From an uncultured bacterium (GTDB lineage: Bacteria; Desulfobacterota_D; UBA1144; Nemesobacterales; UBA2774): a stretch of 64,000 nucleotides of DNA. Both the position numbers and the translations under genes were made by a program. The notes under the pieces are model-generated. The model was not told where the DNA came from and searched no databases. It saw only the letters and a list, made by a program, of their open reading frames with translations. Of the stretch, positions 1-9,769 are shown in pieces; position 1 is the stretch's first letter, and every line of letters begins with the position of its first letter. The stretch spans positions 2,336,001 to 2,400,000 of the forward strand of contig CAWGRW010000009.1 of NCBI GenBank assembly GCA_963825135.1, in the 5' to 3' direction.

Positions 1-979
1 GTGTCTGATCCCAGCCATCCGAGCCAGCTCATTGCCCCAATCCGGTCTTAACGCCAACATAATCCAGAAGACCGTGACAGTTCTTACGATGAGACCCACT
101 CTGTCCCAAGACACCCAAAAGATATAACCAATCATGAATAGCCTGAAATCGATACCCATTAGTATTATTATGCCGATCTGTATCAAGAAAGCACCAGGCA
201 CCAATATCCAACGCATCCTGCGGCTGAATAGGGCCAAAGGGAATCCGGCTTCGCATACTATAATCCCCGCCGCAATCATCCGGCTAAGCCAACTGATCTG
301 AGCTATATACGTACCCCATGATACTAATGACGATCCGTTGAAATTGGATTGTATGAGCAATATTGACAGGTTATCCGACATAATCCACTCGATGCCTGAC
401 TGTTTGATCTTAGACACCCCCGCTCCGAAAAATATGAGTGCCATAACAAGCCAGACGGTGCGCAAGGGCCATGTATATTCACCGCTCATTCTTGGACTGA
501 TTTGCCGATTGGCGAGTACTTTTGCGGAGTCTCGTTAACCACCTGTCCACCGACAGATCATCGCCGCAATGAGAAACAGCCATAATCCCAAAGATAAACA
601 CCAATATTGCATCGGAGTGATTCGTCTTCCCAAAGTTGTGGGGCAACCCAAGTAAATATATTCCGAGAACAAATGACGTAAATGTGCTAAGTCGAGTCAA
701 AAGGCCGATGCAGCTCAAACCGAGCGCCGCCTTCCATACGAACTGAATAATAACTATAAGATTTTCAGATATTACAGGTATGTGAAAGTGCGAGAAAAGC
801 CATATCGGCTTCCAGAAGATGGTATCTACTTCAGCCCAAGCGCTGAAATCCATCTGCATATAAAACAAGAAGAGCGCTCCGTAAAAGAGCGCTCTGCAGA
901 ATCCGAGATTATAAGGCGTCGCAGGCTCGAACCAGAATTGTCTCCAATGTTTGTATTGTATCAATATCTGTTTCTTCAT
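1..979 (-). pseudogene. HTTM-domain (vitamin K-dependent carboxylase/SdpB-like) membrane protein, copy A; one frameshift near 495; runs off the window edge
   Basis: ORF 479..979 aligns with the N-half of 1805..2884. After a 1-nt shift near 495 the frame continues MSGEYTWPLRTVWLVMALIFFGAGVSKIK...FWVSWDRV...LRPDW, colinear with the paralog and open to position 1. Confidence 0.8.
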
Positions 980-982
980 TTT

Positions 983-1483
983 TTATTCTGGGTTTGTGAT
1001 CTCGTATATTAGTTCCCGGTCGTATGGCTTTTCTACGCGTCTGCCTTGAGGGTCGAGCTTCCAGGAATATCTATAAAGACTTATTCCACGGAGTTGCGGT
1101 CCGTTGTGTTCACCTGCTAAGCGTAACAGCTCATAGCGTTCAAGAATGCGAGTCAATACCTCCTTTATATATACTTCGTAGGTCAAATTATCGGGCTTCT
1201 TTTTAAAAGTCATCGATAAATGTGGAATAGTCAGTGGTTGAATATATTGAGGTTCCAGTAGATTCATCTCACTGTGAAGATTGTCTTTTGTCACGCCGAA
1301 TAACTTAAACTCTGTATAGGAATAATCACGCCTGAGCCATGAAAACATTGGATATCGCGAGAATGGCCAGTGTTCCCTGTGAGTGATGATGTCGAATAGA
1401 GAGCCGCACGCGATTACAAAGATTAATACATAAACCGTAATCTCTCTCCATCTTTTCATTTCGACCTTAAAATTTGAAGTCAT
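983..1483 (-). CDS. Small membrane-anchored partner of the HTTM protein, copy A
   Basis: One N-terminal TM helix and a HWPFSRYPMFS motif; clear paralog of 2881..3393; ends 3 bp upstream of HTTM copy A. Confidence 0.8.
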   Translation of the reverse strand: MTSNFKVEMKRWREITVYVLIFVIACGSLFDIITHREHWPFSRYPMFSWLRRDYSYTEFKLFGVTKDNLHSEMNLLEPQYIQPLTIPHLSMTFKKKPDNLTYEVYIKEVLTRILERYELLRLAGEHNGPQLRGISLYRYSWKLDPQGRRVEKPYDRELIYEITNPE

Positions 1484-1781
1484 TATTCTTATCCGGACAA
1501 TTTATTATTTCACCGAGCAGATTTCTCCACCTTTCCATAAACGCATCCTCGCTATACTTCTTTTCCGATACCTTCCGCGTTCTGATGCTATGCTCCCTAT
1601 GCCAGCTCTCGGGCATCCGTGACACCTCCAGAATCACTCTCTCTATCTCTTCCAGCCCGTCACCCTCAAAAGTTATTCCGAAGTCCTCCGTATCTATCCC
1701 TGTCTCTTTTGTGACGAAATGGGATCAATCCCGAATACATACACTGAACCACGGAGCCGGGCTGGCCTTCTGCGCATGATG
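1467..1781 (-). pseudogene. 3' remnant of the GT4-like glycosyltransferase
   Basis: 1521..1781 is near-identical to 4439..4698 with a 1-nt indel; it encodes SCAEGQPGSVVQC...RWRNLLGEII and has no N-terminal part. Confidence 0.85.
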
Positions 1782-1804
1782 TGTTTCAAAGTAATTATAA
1801 CGAC

Positions 1805-2884
1805 CTAAGTCCGGTTATTTGGTTTCAATGCCCCGAATGCGGCGTAGTATATGAGACAAAGGAAAGCGAAACCGCCTAAACCCAGGTAAATCGGAAGTTC
1901 CATATCACATTCGATGCCGATTATCCGGGCTATCATATTAACCCAGTCCGGTCTTAACATCATAAATATCCCAAGGGTTCCGACCGCTCGTATGACGGGA
2001 CTAACGCGGTCCCACGATATCCAAAAGAGATACACGATCATAAACTGCGTGAAGTATATTCCCATTAGTATTTGTATGCCGAGTTGTATTGAAGCCATGA
2101 CCGGGACTACGATCCAGCGGGCTTTACGGCTTAACAACGCCAACGGAAAGCAGGTCTCGAAAATTATAGTGCCCGCGGCAAGCATTTGACAAAGCCAGCC
2201 GTATTGAGCTATAAAAACCCCCCACGATGTTAACGGCGAATTTCTGTAATCAAATTGTAACAATAATATTGACATATTATTTGACATAACCCATTCTGTG
2301 CCGGTTTTTATGATCTTCGACGCACCTGCAGCGAAGAAAATAAGCGCCATTACAAGCCATATAACTCGTATCGGCCATGTGTACTCGCCGCTCATAATCG
2401 GTTGATTTGGTGATTGTAAATTTCTGTTACGAAGCCCCAAGAGAAGATGATCGACGGACAAACTATCACTGCAGCGAGATAATGCCATTATTCCGAGTAC
2501 AAATACCAAAATCGCATCTTCGTGACTTGTCCTGCCGAAGTTGTGCGGCAGTCCCAGTAGATATATTCCGAGAACGAAAGAGATGATGGTGCTCGGACGC
2601 GTAAACAAGCCGATACAGCTCAATCCGAGAGCCGCCTTCCATATAAATTGAATGATTACTAGTTGGTCTTTGGACAACACGAACAGATGAAAGTGTTTAA
2701 AAAGCCAGATGGGTTTCCAGAAAAATTTATCAACTTCAGCCCAGTCGCTGAAATCGATCTGCAGGTAAAACAATAACATCGAACCAAAGAATAGTATTCT
2801 ACAGAAGCTGAGGTTAAAAGGTGTCGCAGGCTCGAACCAGAAGTGTCTCCAATGTTCTCTTAGAAATGATATTCGGCGCCTCAT
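1805..2884 (-). CDS. HTTM-domain multi-pass membrane protein, copy B (intact)
   Basis: 359 aa and hydrophobic; contains L..CRILF, GLFTR, SHEDAIL, FFAAGASK..EW and IIFETCFPLALL segments typical of HTTM/VKGC-like proteins. Confidence 0.75.
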   Translation of the reverse strand: MRRRISFLREHWRHFWFEPATPFNLSFCRILFFGSMLLFYLQIDFSDWAEVDKFFWKPIWLFKHFHLFVLSKDQLVIIQFIWKAALGLSCIGLFTRPSTIISFVLGIYLLGLPHNFGRTSHEDAILVFVLGIMALSRCSDSLSVDHLLLGLRNRNLQSPNQPIMSGEYTWPIRVIWLVMALIFFAAGASKIIKTGTEWVMSNNMSILLLQFDYRNSPLTSWGVFIAQYGWLCQMLAAGTIIFETCFPLALLSRKARWIVVPVMASIQLGIQILMGIYFTQFMIVYLFWISWDRVSPVIRAVGTLGIFMMLRPDWVNMIARIIGIECDMELPIYLGLGGFAFLCLIYYAAFGALKPNNRT

Positions 2885-3393
2885 TCTTTCCGGGGCTCCC
2901 TGACTTCAAGGATTAGCTCTCGAAGGTCCGGTCGTTCTACGCCGTGTGTCAAAGGGTCGAGCTTCCATTGATATCTGTAGAGCCTGATTCCATGGAGTTC
3001 CGGCCCATCGTGTTTTCCCGCAATGCGCAATGCCTCATACCTAGTTAGAATATGGCGCAGTGCCTCCTCCACATACGACTCGTAACTTACGTTATCGGGC
3101 TTTCTCTTCATCGACATTGCCATTTGTATGTTAATATCATCTAAGGGCTGAATATATTTGGGGTCCGTGAGAGGTATTTCGCGGGACGAGTCGATATCCG
3201 TTAGACCGAACAACTTCAACCAGCTTAAGGAATAATCCCGTCTGACCGAAGAAAACATTGAATATGGGGAAAATGGCCAGTGTTCCCGTTGGGTGATGAT
3301 ATCAAAGAGTGAGCCGCCGATAATTATAAATATGACTGCATATACCAGGAACTCCCTCCTCTTCTCCAATCCAACTTCAGAGCCGTCGGTCAT
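2881..3393 (-). CDS. Small membrane-anchored partner of the HTTM protein, copy B
   Basis: TM helix plus HWPFSPYSMFS; ATGA overlaps with both neighbours. Confidence 0.8.
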   Translation of the reverse strand: MTDGSEVGLEKRREFLVYAVIFIIIGGSLFDIITQREHWPFSPYSMFSSVRRDYSLSWLKLFGLTDIDSSREIPLTDPKYIQPLDDINIQMAMSMKRKPDNVSYESYVEEALRHILTRYEALRIAGKHDGPELHGIRLYRYQWKLDPLTHGVERPDLRELILEVREPRKE

Positions 3394-4376
3394 TTTTTTG
3401 CCGCTCCGTCTTCCATCTCCTGTGCTAGCCGTGTCGGAAGGTCGATACCCAGTTTTTCCCGGAGGATTATATCAAACTCCCGGTTGAATAGACCAAAGTA
3501 TGAATCCTGATGTTCGCGTGCATTCCAGAAGTTGTGCCAGTGATATGCGAACGCTCCGGGGAAGAAATCGCGGTAAGAACGAACGGTTGGATTCTGCTTG
3601 AACCGCCAGCCAAACTTGTGAAAAAAGCCTTCGAACCGGTCGAATGGAGCATCGTTATAATTGTCTCTGCGGTCGTGATGAGACCAAAGCGGGTCAAAGA
3701 ACGTGCATGGCAGAACCAGGAGGTCAAGGTTGACGTTATCTTCAAATCTAAGCACGTTCATCGGGCGGCAACTGCCGACTTCGACGCATTTAGACAGCAG
3801 AGCGCGGGCTGTTTCACTATACTGGCTGAGTCTGAGGACGGCGCTGTTGCCATACGGCAAGTGAGCGGACCAGCGATAGCAAAATTCATCATGGAGGTGC
3901 ACTGTGCGGAGCAGCGCACTCATATCTCTGAGAAACATCGTGTCAATATCGACATAGGTGCCGCCGTGCTTGTATAGCGCAACGTGGCGAAAGAAGTCAG
4001 ATCGTTGAGTTGGCGCTACTCTTGTGAAGAGCTCGGTTTTTTCCCCCAATGGAGTGTCCCGGGCCTCGGCATCCGGATCAAAATGCTTCACGCTAATGAA
4101 GCTCAGGAAAGGCTTGAGGTGGACATTGTTTTCATAGCCGGCATAGCCGTTCTCTGAGTCGAGCCACAGCCACAGTTCTGAGTTGTTGAGGTCTTGTGTT
4201 GCCAGGAAGGACTTGACCGCGAAAGCCTGTTTCGATGAAAACGTGCCGTGCCAGTACATGTGATACCGTTCGACTGTTTGCAACCCGGCTTTCGTGGTTT
4301 CGGCATCGAGCTCACGCAGGAATTGCAAGCAGTATTCGGTGCGGGAATAGAGCCGCTCGTCCGGTAAGAATTTCAC
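3390..4376 (-). CDS. GT32-like (DxD, capsular polysaccharide synthesis) glycosyltransferase
   Basis: SDFFRHVALYKHGGTYVDID motif and C-terminal YHWHN. Start moved to the GTG at 4376, which overlaps the upstream TGA. Confidence 0.8.
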   Translation of the reverse strand: MKFLPDERLYSRTEYCLQFLRELDAETTKAGLQTVERYHMYWHGTFSSKQAFAVKSFLATQDLNNSELWLWLDSENGYAGYENNVHLKPFLSFISVKHFDPDAEARDTPLGEKTELFTRVAPTQRSDFFRHVALYKHGGTYVDIDTMFLRDMSALLRTVHLHDEFCYRWSAHLPYGNSAVLRLSQYSETARALLSKCVEVGSCRPMNVLRFEDNVNLDLLVLPCTFFDPLWSHHDRRDNYNDAPFDRFEGFFHKFGWRFKQNPTVRSYRDFFPGAFAYHWHNFWNAREHQDSYFGLFNREFDIILREKLGIDLPTRLAQEMEDGAAKK

Positions 4377-5587
4377 TGGGGTTCTCCGCTGTTGAATAGC
4401 CGGCTTTTGCCGGCACCGTTTAATATCTCGGCAAGCATATTTCTCCACCTTTCCATAAACGCATCCTCGCTATACTTCTTTTCTGATACCTTCCGCGTCT
4501 TGATACTATGCTCTCTATGCCAGCTCTCGGGCATCCGCGACACCTCCAGAATCACTCTCTCTATCTCTTCCAGCCCGTCATCCTCGAAAGTTATCCCGAA
4601 GTCCTCCGTATCTATCCCCGTCTCCCTCGTGACCAGCGGGATCAATCCCGAGTACATACACTGAACCACGGAGCCGGGCTGTCCTTCTGCGCATGATGGG
4701 TGTATGACATATGCGCATTTGACTATTAGTTCGTTATATTGCCGGCTGTTAACTCTGACCCATCCTACGGGGTGTATGTTGGGAGTCTTGTAAAGCTCCT
4801 TATAATAGCAAGCACGAAAGTCTTCCTCTTTCTCAAATTCACTGCAGACATAGAGGTTGAGTTCCGGGTGCTTTGGAAATATTTCCAGAAGCAGGTCCAG
4901 ACCCTTCTGTACCTGACTTTTACTTGCATAAAAAAGGAAACTATTGCGCGCCATGGCGAAGTCCTTCGAGTCGGTTAGGAATTCCGTTTCCTTAAACCCA
5001 TAATTATTAAATGGGTAAACAGGGATATTGAACGCTCCTTCCCACGTGCTAATAATATATTCGTTCCCGAAACCTATTATTGCATCCGCATTCTCAACAT
5101 AAGGCATCGATTCGGATTGTATCCGCCGCAGCTTTACGCGGCGTCCCCGCCTCTCGTATAGGAGCTGATGTCTCCTCCGTATGTTCTCATTATGAATTTT
5201 ATGATGCATGGTCGTTGCGAGATATATTCTGATTGAATCAGATTTGAGAGGGAACTCGGATACTTTGTTGCGGATAACCAGGTCGTAATCTCTGGTAGGC
5301 GTGAAATTCCTGCTTCTAACGTCGGCGACATCGACCGCGAATCGCAGGCCGTCGAGAACAGTTGTAACCTGCTGACTTTGCCTGTAATGTTGATGCGTGA
5401 GAAAAAGAGGTCCATTTTCTCTCAGCAGGAAATCCCTGGAGACCCACAACAGAAGGGCGCGTTTAGCATATTCTGACTCGTCTATAGCGTTTGCGTTTAT
5501 GATAGTAGGATAGCTGCTCCTCTTGTCGTACAATGATTTAAGTTTGTTGTAAAAAATGATGATATAGTGCTTTAGCATCTTATTCAT
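4373..5587 (-). CDS. GT-B fold, GT4-like glycosyltransferase (intact copy)
   Basis: QKGLDLLLEIF and HPSCAEGQPGSVVQCMYSGLIP donor-binding region. Confidence 0.8.
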   Translation of the reverse strand: MNKMLKHYIIIFYNKLKSLYDKRSSYPTIINANAIDESEYAKRALLLWVSRDFLLRENGPLFLTHQHYRQSQQVTTVLDGLRFAVDVADVRSRNFTPTRDYDLVIRNKVSEFPLKSDSIRIYLATTMHHKIHNENIRRRHQLLYERRGRRVKLRRIQSESMPYVENADAIIGFGNEYIISTWEGAFNIPVYPFNNYGFKETEFLTDSKDFAMARNSFLFYASKSQVQKGLDLLLEIFPKHPELNLYVCSEFEKEEDFRACYYKELYKTPNIHPVGWVRVNSRQYNELIVKCAYVIHPSCAEGQPGSVVQCMYSGLIPLVTRETGIDTEDFGITFEDDGLEEIERVILEVSRMPESWHREHSIKTRKVSEKKYSEDAFMERWRNMLAEILNGAGKSRLFNSGEPQ

Positions 5588-5635
5588 AGTAGATATACTA
5601 TCGTCAGCGGAAAAACCCGCATCCGGCGAGACGAT

Positions 5636-6805
5636 TCAGAGATGAAGCCGATTCTGAATCCATACGCCGGTATTTATTGCCCTTAAACCCAATGCATACA
5701 ACCCAAGTTTGGCTGACAGCCGTAAAATCAGGCTCCTCAGCTGCCGGCGCCGTCTTCTTGTTCTGTTGACGTCATATATATGCGAGCCGGGTGCCTTCGA
5801 GAGCAGTTTAGCCAGGTATGAAAAGCTCGATCTCGAGTCGAGAATGAGATAATCGCATTCAGCGAGCAGGTATAAATCAACCAGCGCTTCTATGCCGTTC
5901 TCTATACGGTCGGGACAATCTTGGTTCTGATGTATATGTGACCCCGGAGCAGGATACCAGTGAGGCGCGGTAAGTACGTTCGGATAACTATTCTCCAATT
6001 CTTTCTTGATTTGCTCATTGTCAGTCGCGAGGAAGATTCGGCTGGAAGGCATGCGCTTGAGAACCGAGTCGAGTTTTCCGAGGATATTGGAGAGAGCGAC
6101 TTTCCTGTCGGAATAGCGGACATGCAGGCCGAGTGTATTGGAAAGAAAATGTTCACGCCTGAACTGATCGACCCGCTCACGTATCTCGCTTTGGAGTATG
6201 AGGTCTTCCTTCAGAAGTTCTTTCAATATTTGTTCGGTGCTCGAATAAGCAATTCGTTTATATTTGCCATTGAAATACCCCCTCAGATCGTCGACTGTCT
6301 CCATATGCGTCCACATGATCAACAAGTCTTCGCTGTAGTCAAGCTTCGCGGGATCGATCGATAATCTCCGACGGCTTTCTTCCGAATCAGTGATATTTCC
6401 GAGGAGCCTCTCCATATCTCGTACGGAGTTGTGCAGATTCCCGTTCCATATATCAGGGCTTACGGAATCTGCTTCTGGGAATTGATCCTTTGGACTGACA
6501 AGCGGGCATTTAAAAAATCTGTGAAAAGAGTTCGTTCCATCGTTAGTATAAGTGGGATCACTCCAGTCGATATACAATTTCCTTCCGCTTAGCTTGGAGT
6601 AAAGTATGCCGGTCAGCAAAGACTGCATCCGGTTTCCCAACCCTGCTTTACCCTTGACTAAAAGAAATTTATCTTTGCGCAAGATATTGTTCTCACAATG
6701 AATATTGATATAAAGATACCGGAGTTCCGTCCCTGCCTCGTCTTGTGATGGTTTCAGCTTGTATATAGACGAAAAGATAATATTTTCATCGATTCCCCAT
6801 GTCAA
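5636..6805 (-). CDS. NodZ/GT23-like fucosyltransferase, copy 1 (start may be TTG 6682)
   Basis: GLGNR, GLHVRYSD, IFLATD and ALVDLYLLAECD GDP-fucose transferase motifs. Confidence 0.8.
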   Translation of the reverse strand: MTWGIDENIIFSSIYKLKPSQDEAGTELRYLYINIHCENNILRKDKFLLVKGKAGLGNRMQSLLTGILYSKLSGRKLYIDWSDPTYTNDGTNSFHRFFKCPLVSPKDQFPEADSVSPDIWNGNLHNSVRDMERLLGNITDSEESRRRLSIDPAKLDYSEDLLIMWTHMETVDDLRGYFNGKYKRIAYSSTEQILKELLKEDLILQSEIRERVDQFRREHFLSNTLGLHVRYSDRKVALSNILGKLDSVLKRMPSSRIFLATDNEQIKKELENSYPNVLTAPHWYPAPGSHIHQNQDCPDRIENGIEALVDLYLLAECDYLILDSRSSFSYLAKLLSKAPGSHIYDVNRTRRRRRQLRSLILRLSAKLGLYALGLRAINTGVWIQNRLHL

Positions 6806-6815
6806 ATATATAGAC

Positions 6816-7745
6816 TTAGAAATATTTTTCCTCTCCGTTATTCTTCAATATCTCGGTGAGCATATATCCCCATCTATCCATAAATGCGTTCTCGCTGTAT
6901 TTTTCCACAGAAGCCTCGCGCACCCTGATGCCATATTCCCTGTGCCGGCTATCGGGCAGCTCCGACACTTCGCGTATTACCCTCTCTATCTCCTCCATGC
7001 AATCGTCGGAAAAAGTCACCCCGAAGTCCTCCGTATCTATCCCGGCCTCTTTCGTGACGAGCGGGATTAAACCTGAATACATACACTGAACAACCGAGCC
7101 GAGCCGTCCCTCTGAACAGGAAGGAAGGATGGATGGATGGATGGATGGATTACAGAAGCACACTTCCCTACGAGCTCATTGTATTCGGAGCCATTGACCG
7201 GTACCCACCCGATCGGGTGAATGTTCGGGGTCTCGTACAGCTCCTGGTGATAGCACTCACAAAAATCCCTCTCCTTTTCATACTCGATGCGGATGTAAAG
7301 GTGAAGGTCAGGATGCTTCGGGAATATTTCCAGCAGCAGGTCCAACCCCTTCGGCATTTGGCTTTTACTTGCAAAGAACGGGAAATTCTTCCGCTCCAGT
7401 GAGAAGTCCTTCGAATCAACAAAGGACCCCGTCTCCTTAAAACCGTAGTTATTGAATGGATACGCCGGAAGATTAAATGCCGTTCTCCATGTACTCATTA
7501 TGAACTCGTTCCCGAAACCAATGATTGCGTCCGACCTTTCTACATAAGGCATCGCATCCGAATAAAATCGCCTCAATTGCACCCGACATCCCCGCCTCTC
7601 GGATAGTAGCTCATGCCGCTTCAGTAAGTTCCTGTTATGGATATCGTGCGATAAAGTAGTGGTAAGGTATATTCTCATTACATCTTTGTTGAGCGGGGTA
7701 TCAACTCCTCTATTGCAAATAACAAGGTGGTAGTCTCTGGAAGCG
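6816..7745 (-). pseudogene. Degenerate GT4-like glycosyltransferase: 5'-truncated and frameshifted by a microsatellite
   Basis: ORFs 7067..7678 and 6816..7163 are consecutive pieces homologous to 4373..5587. Homology extends up to RDYHLVI near 7745; about 90 N-terminal aa are missing. Confidence 0.85.
7119..7150. repeat. Tetranucleotide microsatellite (GGAA)2(GGAT)6
   Basis: Read directly from the sequence; lies at the frameshift in the IHPS codons. Confidence 0.95.
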
Positions 7746-7784
7746 GTTTATATTGTTGACGCAACTGTTTTCCTATACGCTCAA

Positions 7785-8831
7785 TCACTTATTCAGGTAT
7801 CTTTGTATTTTCGCGACCCTGCCTATCATGATTATACCCCAGGTAAATAGCCCCAGCTTGGACATGAGCCGGGTGATCTGCCTGCGTAGACGAGGAGAGT
7901 GTTTCCCTCGACTCCCGACGTCGTATATATTCGACTCGGGCGCATTCGTGAGCAGTTTGGCGATATAAGAAAAGCTCGAGCTTGTATCAATTATTATGTG
8001 ATCACATTCCGGGAGGAGATATAGATCTACCAAGGCTTCTATCCCGCTTTCTAGAGCGTCGGGACGCTTCCGATTCTGATGTATGTTCATCCCGGGTGTC
8101 GGCGAATACCAGTGTGGTGTGGTGATAACGTCCGGATAAAGTTCTTCGATCATGTTCTTTATTTGCAGATTGTCCGTAGACAAAAAGATTCGCAGTCCCG
8201 GCTCCCGTTTAATTAACGAGTTCAGCTTTTTTAGCATTGCCCAAATATTGGTCCTGTGGTCGGTATATCGAACATGTACGCCGACCATTTTTGGGCCGAA
8301 ATTATTCTCCTTAAACCTGTCGACCCGTTTGCGGATTTCCGGACGGAGCGGTAGATGCTCCCTGAGCAGTTTTCTCAGTATGTTGTCCGTGCTTATCCCG
8401 TTGAGTTCGGCAAATGTCTCCTTAAAGTGTTTCCTCAGTAAATCCACCTTATCGTCGTATGTCCACATGACTATGACGTCCTCGTCATGATCCAATCTCC
8501 CCAGATCGACAGAGAATATTTGCCACGCTTCGGGGTTGTAGACTTGCCCTTCCTGCTTTCTCATATACCAGGCTGACTCGCGCAGATTGCCGCGCCAAAT
8601 AGGAGGGCTGACGGAATCTGTTGCCGGAATTTCATCCGTTGGGTTTGTTAACGAACATTCGAAGTAACGATGAAAAACGTTGGATCCATCGGAAGAATAA
8701 TAGTGATCACTCCAATCGATAATGAGTCTTCGCCCGGTCAGACGTGTGTACAAAATCCCGGTCAAAGCCGAGAGCATTCGATTACCTAACCCAGCTATGC
8801 CTTTTACGATTAGATATTTCTCTTCGCTCAT
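7785..8831 (-). CDS. NodZ/GT23-like fucosyltransferase, copy 2
   Basis: GLGNR, GVHVRYTD, IFLSTD, ALVDLYLL; paralog of 5636..6805. Confidence 0.8.
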   Translation of the reverse strand: MSEEKYLIVKGIAGLGNRMLSALTGILYTRLTGRRLIIDWSDHYYSSDGSNVFHRYFECSLTNPTDEIPATDSVSPPIWRGNLRESAWYMRKQEGQVYNPEAWQIFSVDLGRLDHDEDVIVMWTYDDKVDLLRKHFKETFAELNGISTDNILRKLLREHLPLRPEIRKRVDRFKENNFGPKMVGVHVRYTDHRTNIWAMLKKLNSLIKREPGLRIFLSTDNLQIKNMIEELYPDVITTPHWYSPTPGMNIHQNRKRPDALESGIEALVDLYLLPECDHIIIDTSSSFSYIAKLLTNAPESNIYDVGSRGKHSPRLRRQITRLMSKLGLFTWGIIMIGRVAKIQRYLNK

Positions 8832-9109
8832 AATAGATTTACATTTGAGATTACAACTGCGGTAATATCTTGTCTATACGGTTATCAAAATCGTTCTTAT
8901 ATATTTGGAGATTTCACAAACCTTACAAACCTTCGCATAAGACCTAAACCAAGTGGAAAGAGCTCAGGACCGGGCATTATACGCCGGTTTACGAACGGAG
9001 TACATCTATATACCCTCTCTCCCTGCCCTGGCGTGAACGTTGAATACTACTTGGGTCGGTCATCTTCTAAAGCGGGGTGGGTGGATCAAGAAAAAATGAA
9101 GGTTTTCTG

Positions 9110-9769
9110 CTAATTGTTTTGGCAAATCCACTTGTAACTGTATGAAATATCGTACATGTTGTTGCTCTTGTCCCTTGCGTGCCCGCAAACGACCTCGGCG
9201 TCGAGCGCGAGCTTCCCTCCGTCGTTAGTGATAAAAAAATCATATTGCGGGCTGCACTGGCCGCTGCACTTCTTGTACATGTCCTGACCGTCCGCCCCCT
9301 TACCCCTCGAAAAGTTGGAGAACCAATCCTGCACCTGCGACATGGTATCAAACTGTTTGTTATATTCAAACGGATCTTTCTGAGTCTGTTCCAGAAGTTT
9401 CTGACATTTGTTATAATCGGAGTAGCTGGTCAAGAACTTCTGAGGAACAGCCTTAAAAATAATTACGGGCGTAGTCCTTATCTCACAGCCCGCCGGACAG
9501 AAATCTGCCGGTTTAACTGCATGGGGCATGCCGGCTTCCGCTTTCTGCAGGATGGCGCCGGATTCGTATCTTACCGAGCCCGGTTTATTGCCTTCGTTTG
9601 CGAAAAGAGAAGCTGTCCCCTGAGTGGATGCCTCAGCTACGTCTTTTTCGATATCCGAGCATGTATCGGATCCTTTAGCCCCCGTTGTATTGAGCAGGAG
9701 GAGTGCGGCGAAAAAGAGTATTTGCGATAATATCGTCAACGATCGTCTGATTCTGTATGTCATGTGCAT
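9110..9769 (-). CDS. Secreted cysteine-rich hypothetical protein
   Basis: Signal-peptide-like N-terminus; 8 Cys in the mature part (CPAGC, CSGQCSP). Confidence 0.7.
   Translation of the reverse strand: MHMTYRIRRSLTILSQILFFAALLLLNTTGAKGSDTCSDIEKDVAEASTQGTASLFANEGNKPGSVRYESGAILQKAEAGMPHAVKPADFCPAGCEIRTTPVIIFKAVPQKFLTSYSDYNKCQKLLEQTQKDPFEYNKQFDTMSQVQDWFSNFSRGKGADGQDMYKKCSGQCSPQYDFFITNDGGKLALDAEVVCGHARDKSNNMYDISYSYKWICQNN

Noticed and set aside
29..256. 75-aa minus-strand ORF
   Set aside because: Wrong frame over the C-terminal half of HTTM copy A.
1474..1779. Similar plus-strand ORFs here and at 4392..4664 and 6856..7089 that look like a small protein family
   Set aside because: They are antisense shadows of the repeated GT4 3' end.
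3390..4448. Track start at 4448 for the GT32 gene
   Set aside because: It overlaps the upstream gene by 76 bp; GTG 4376 coupled to the stop codon is more plausible.
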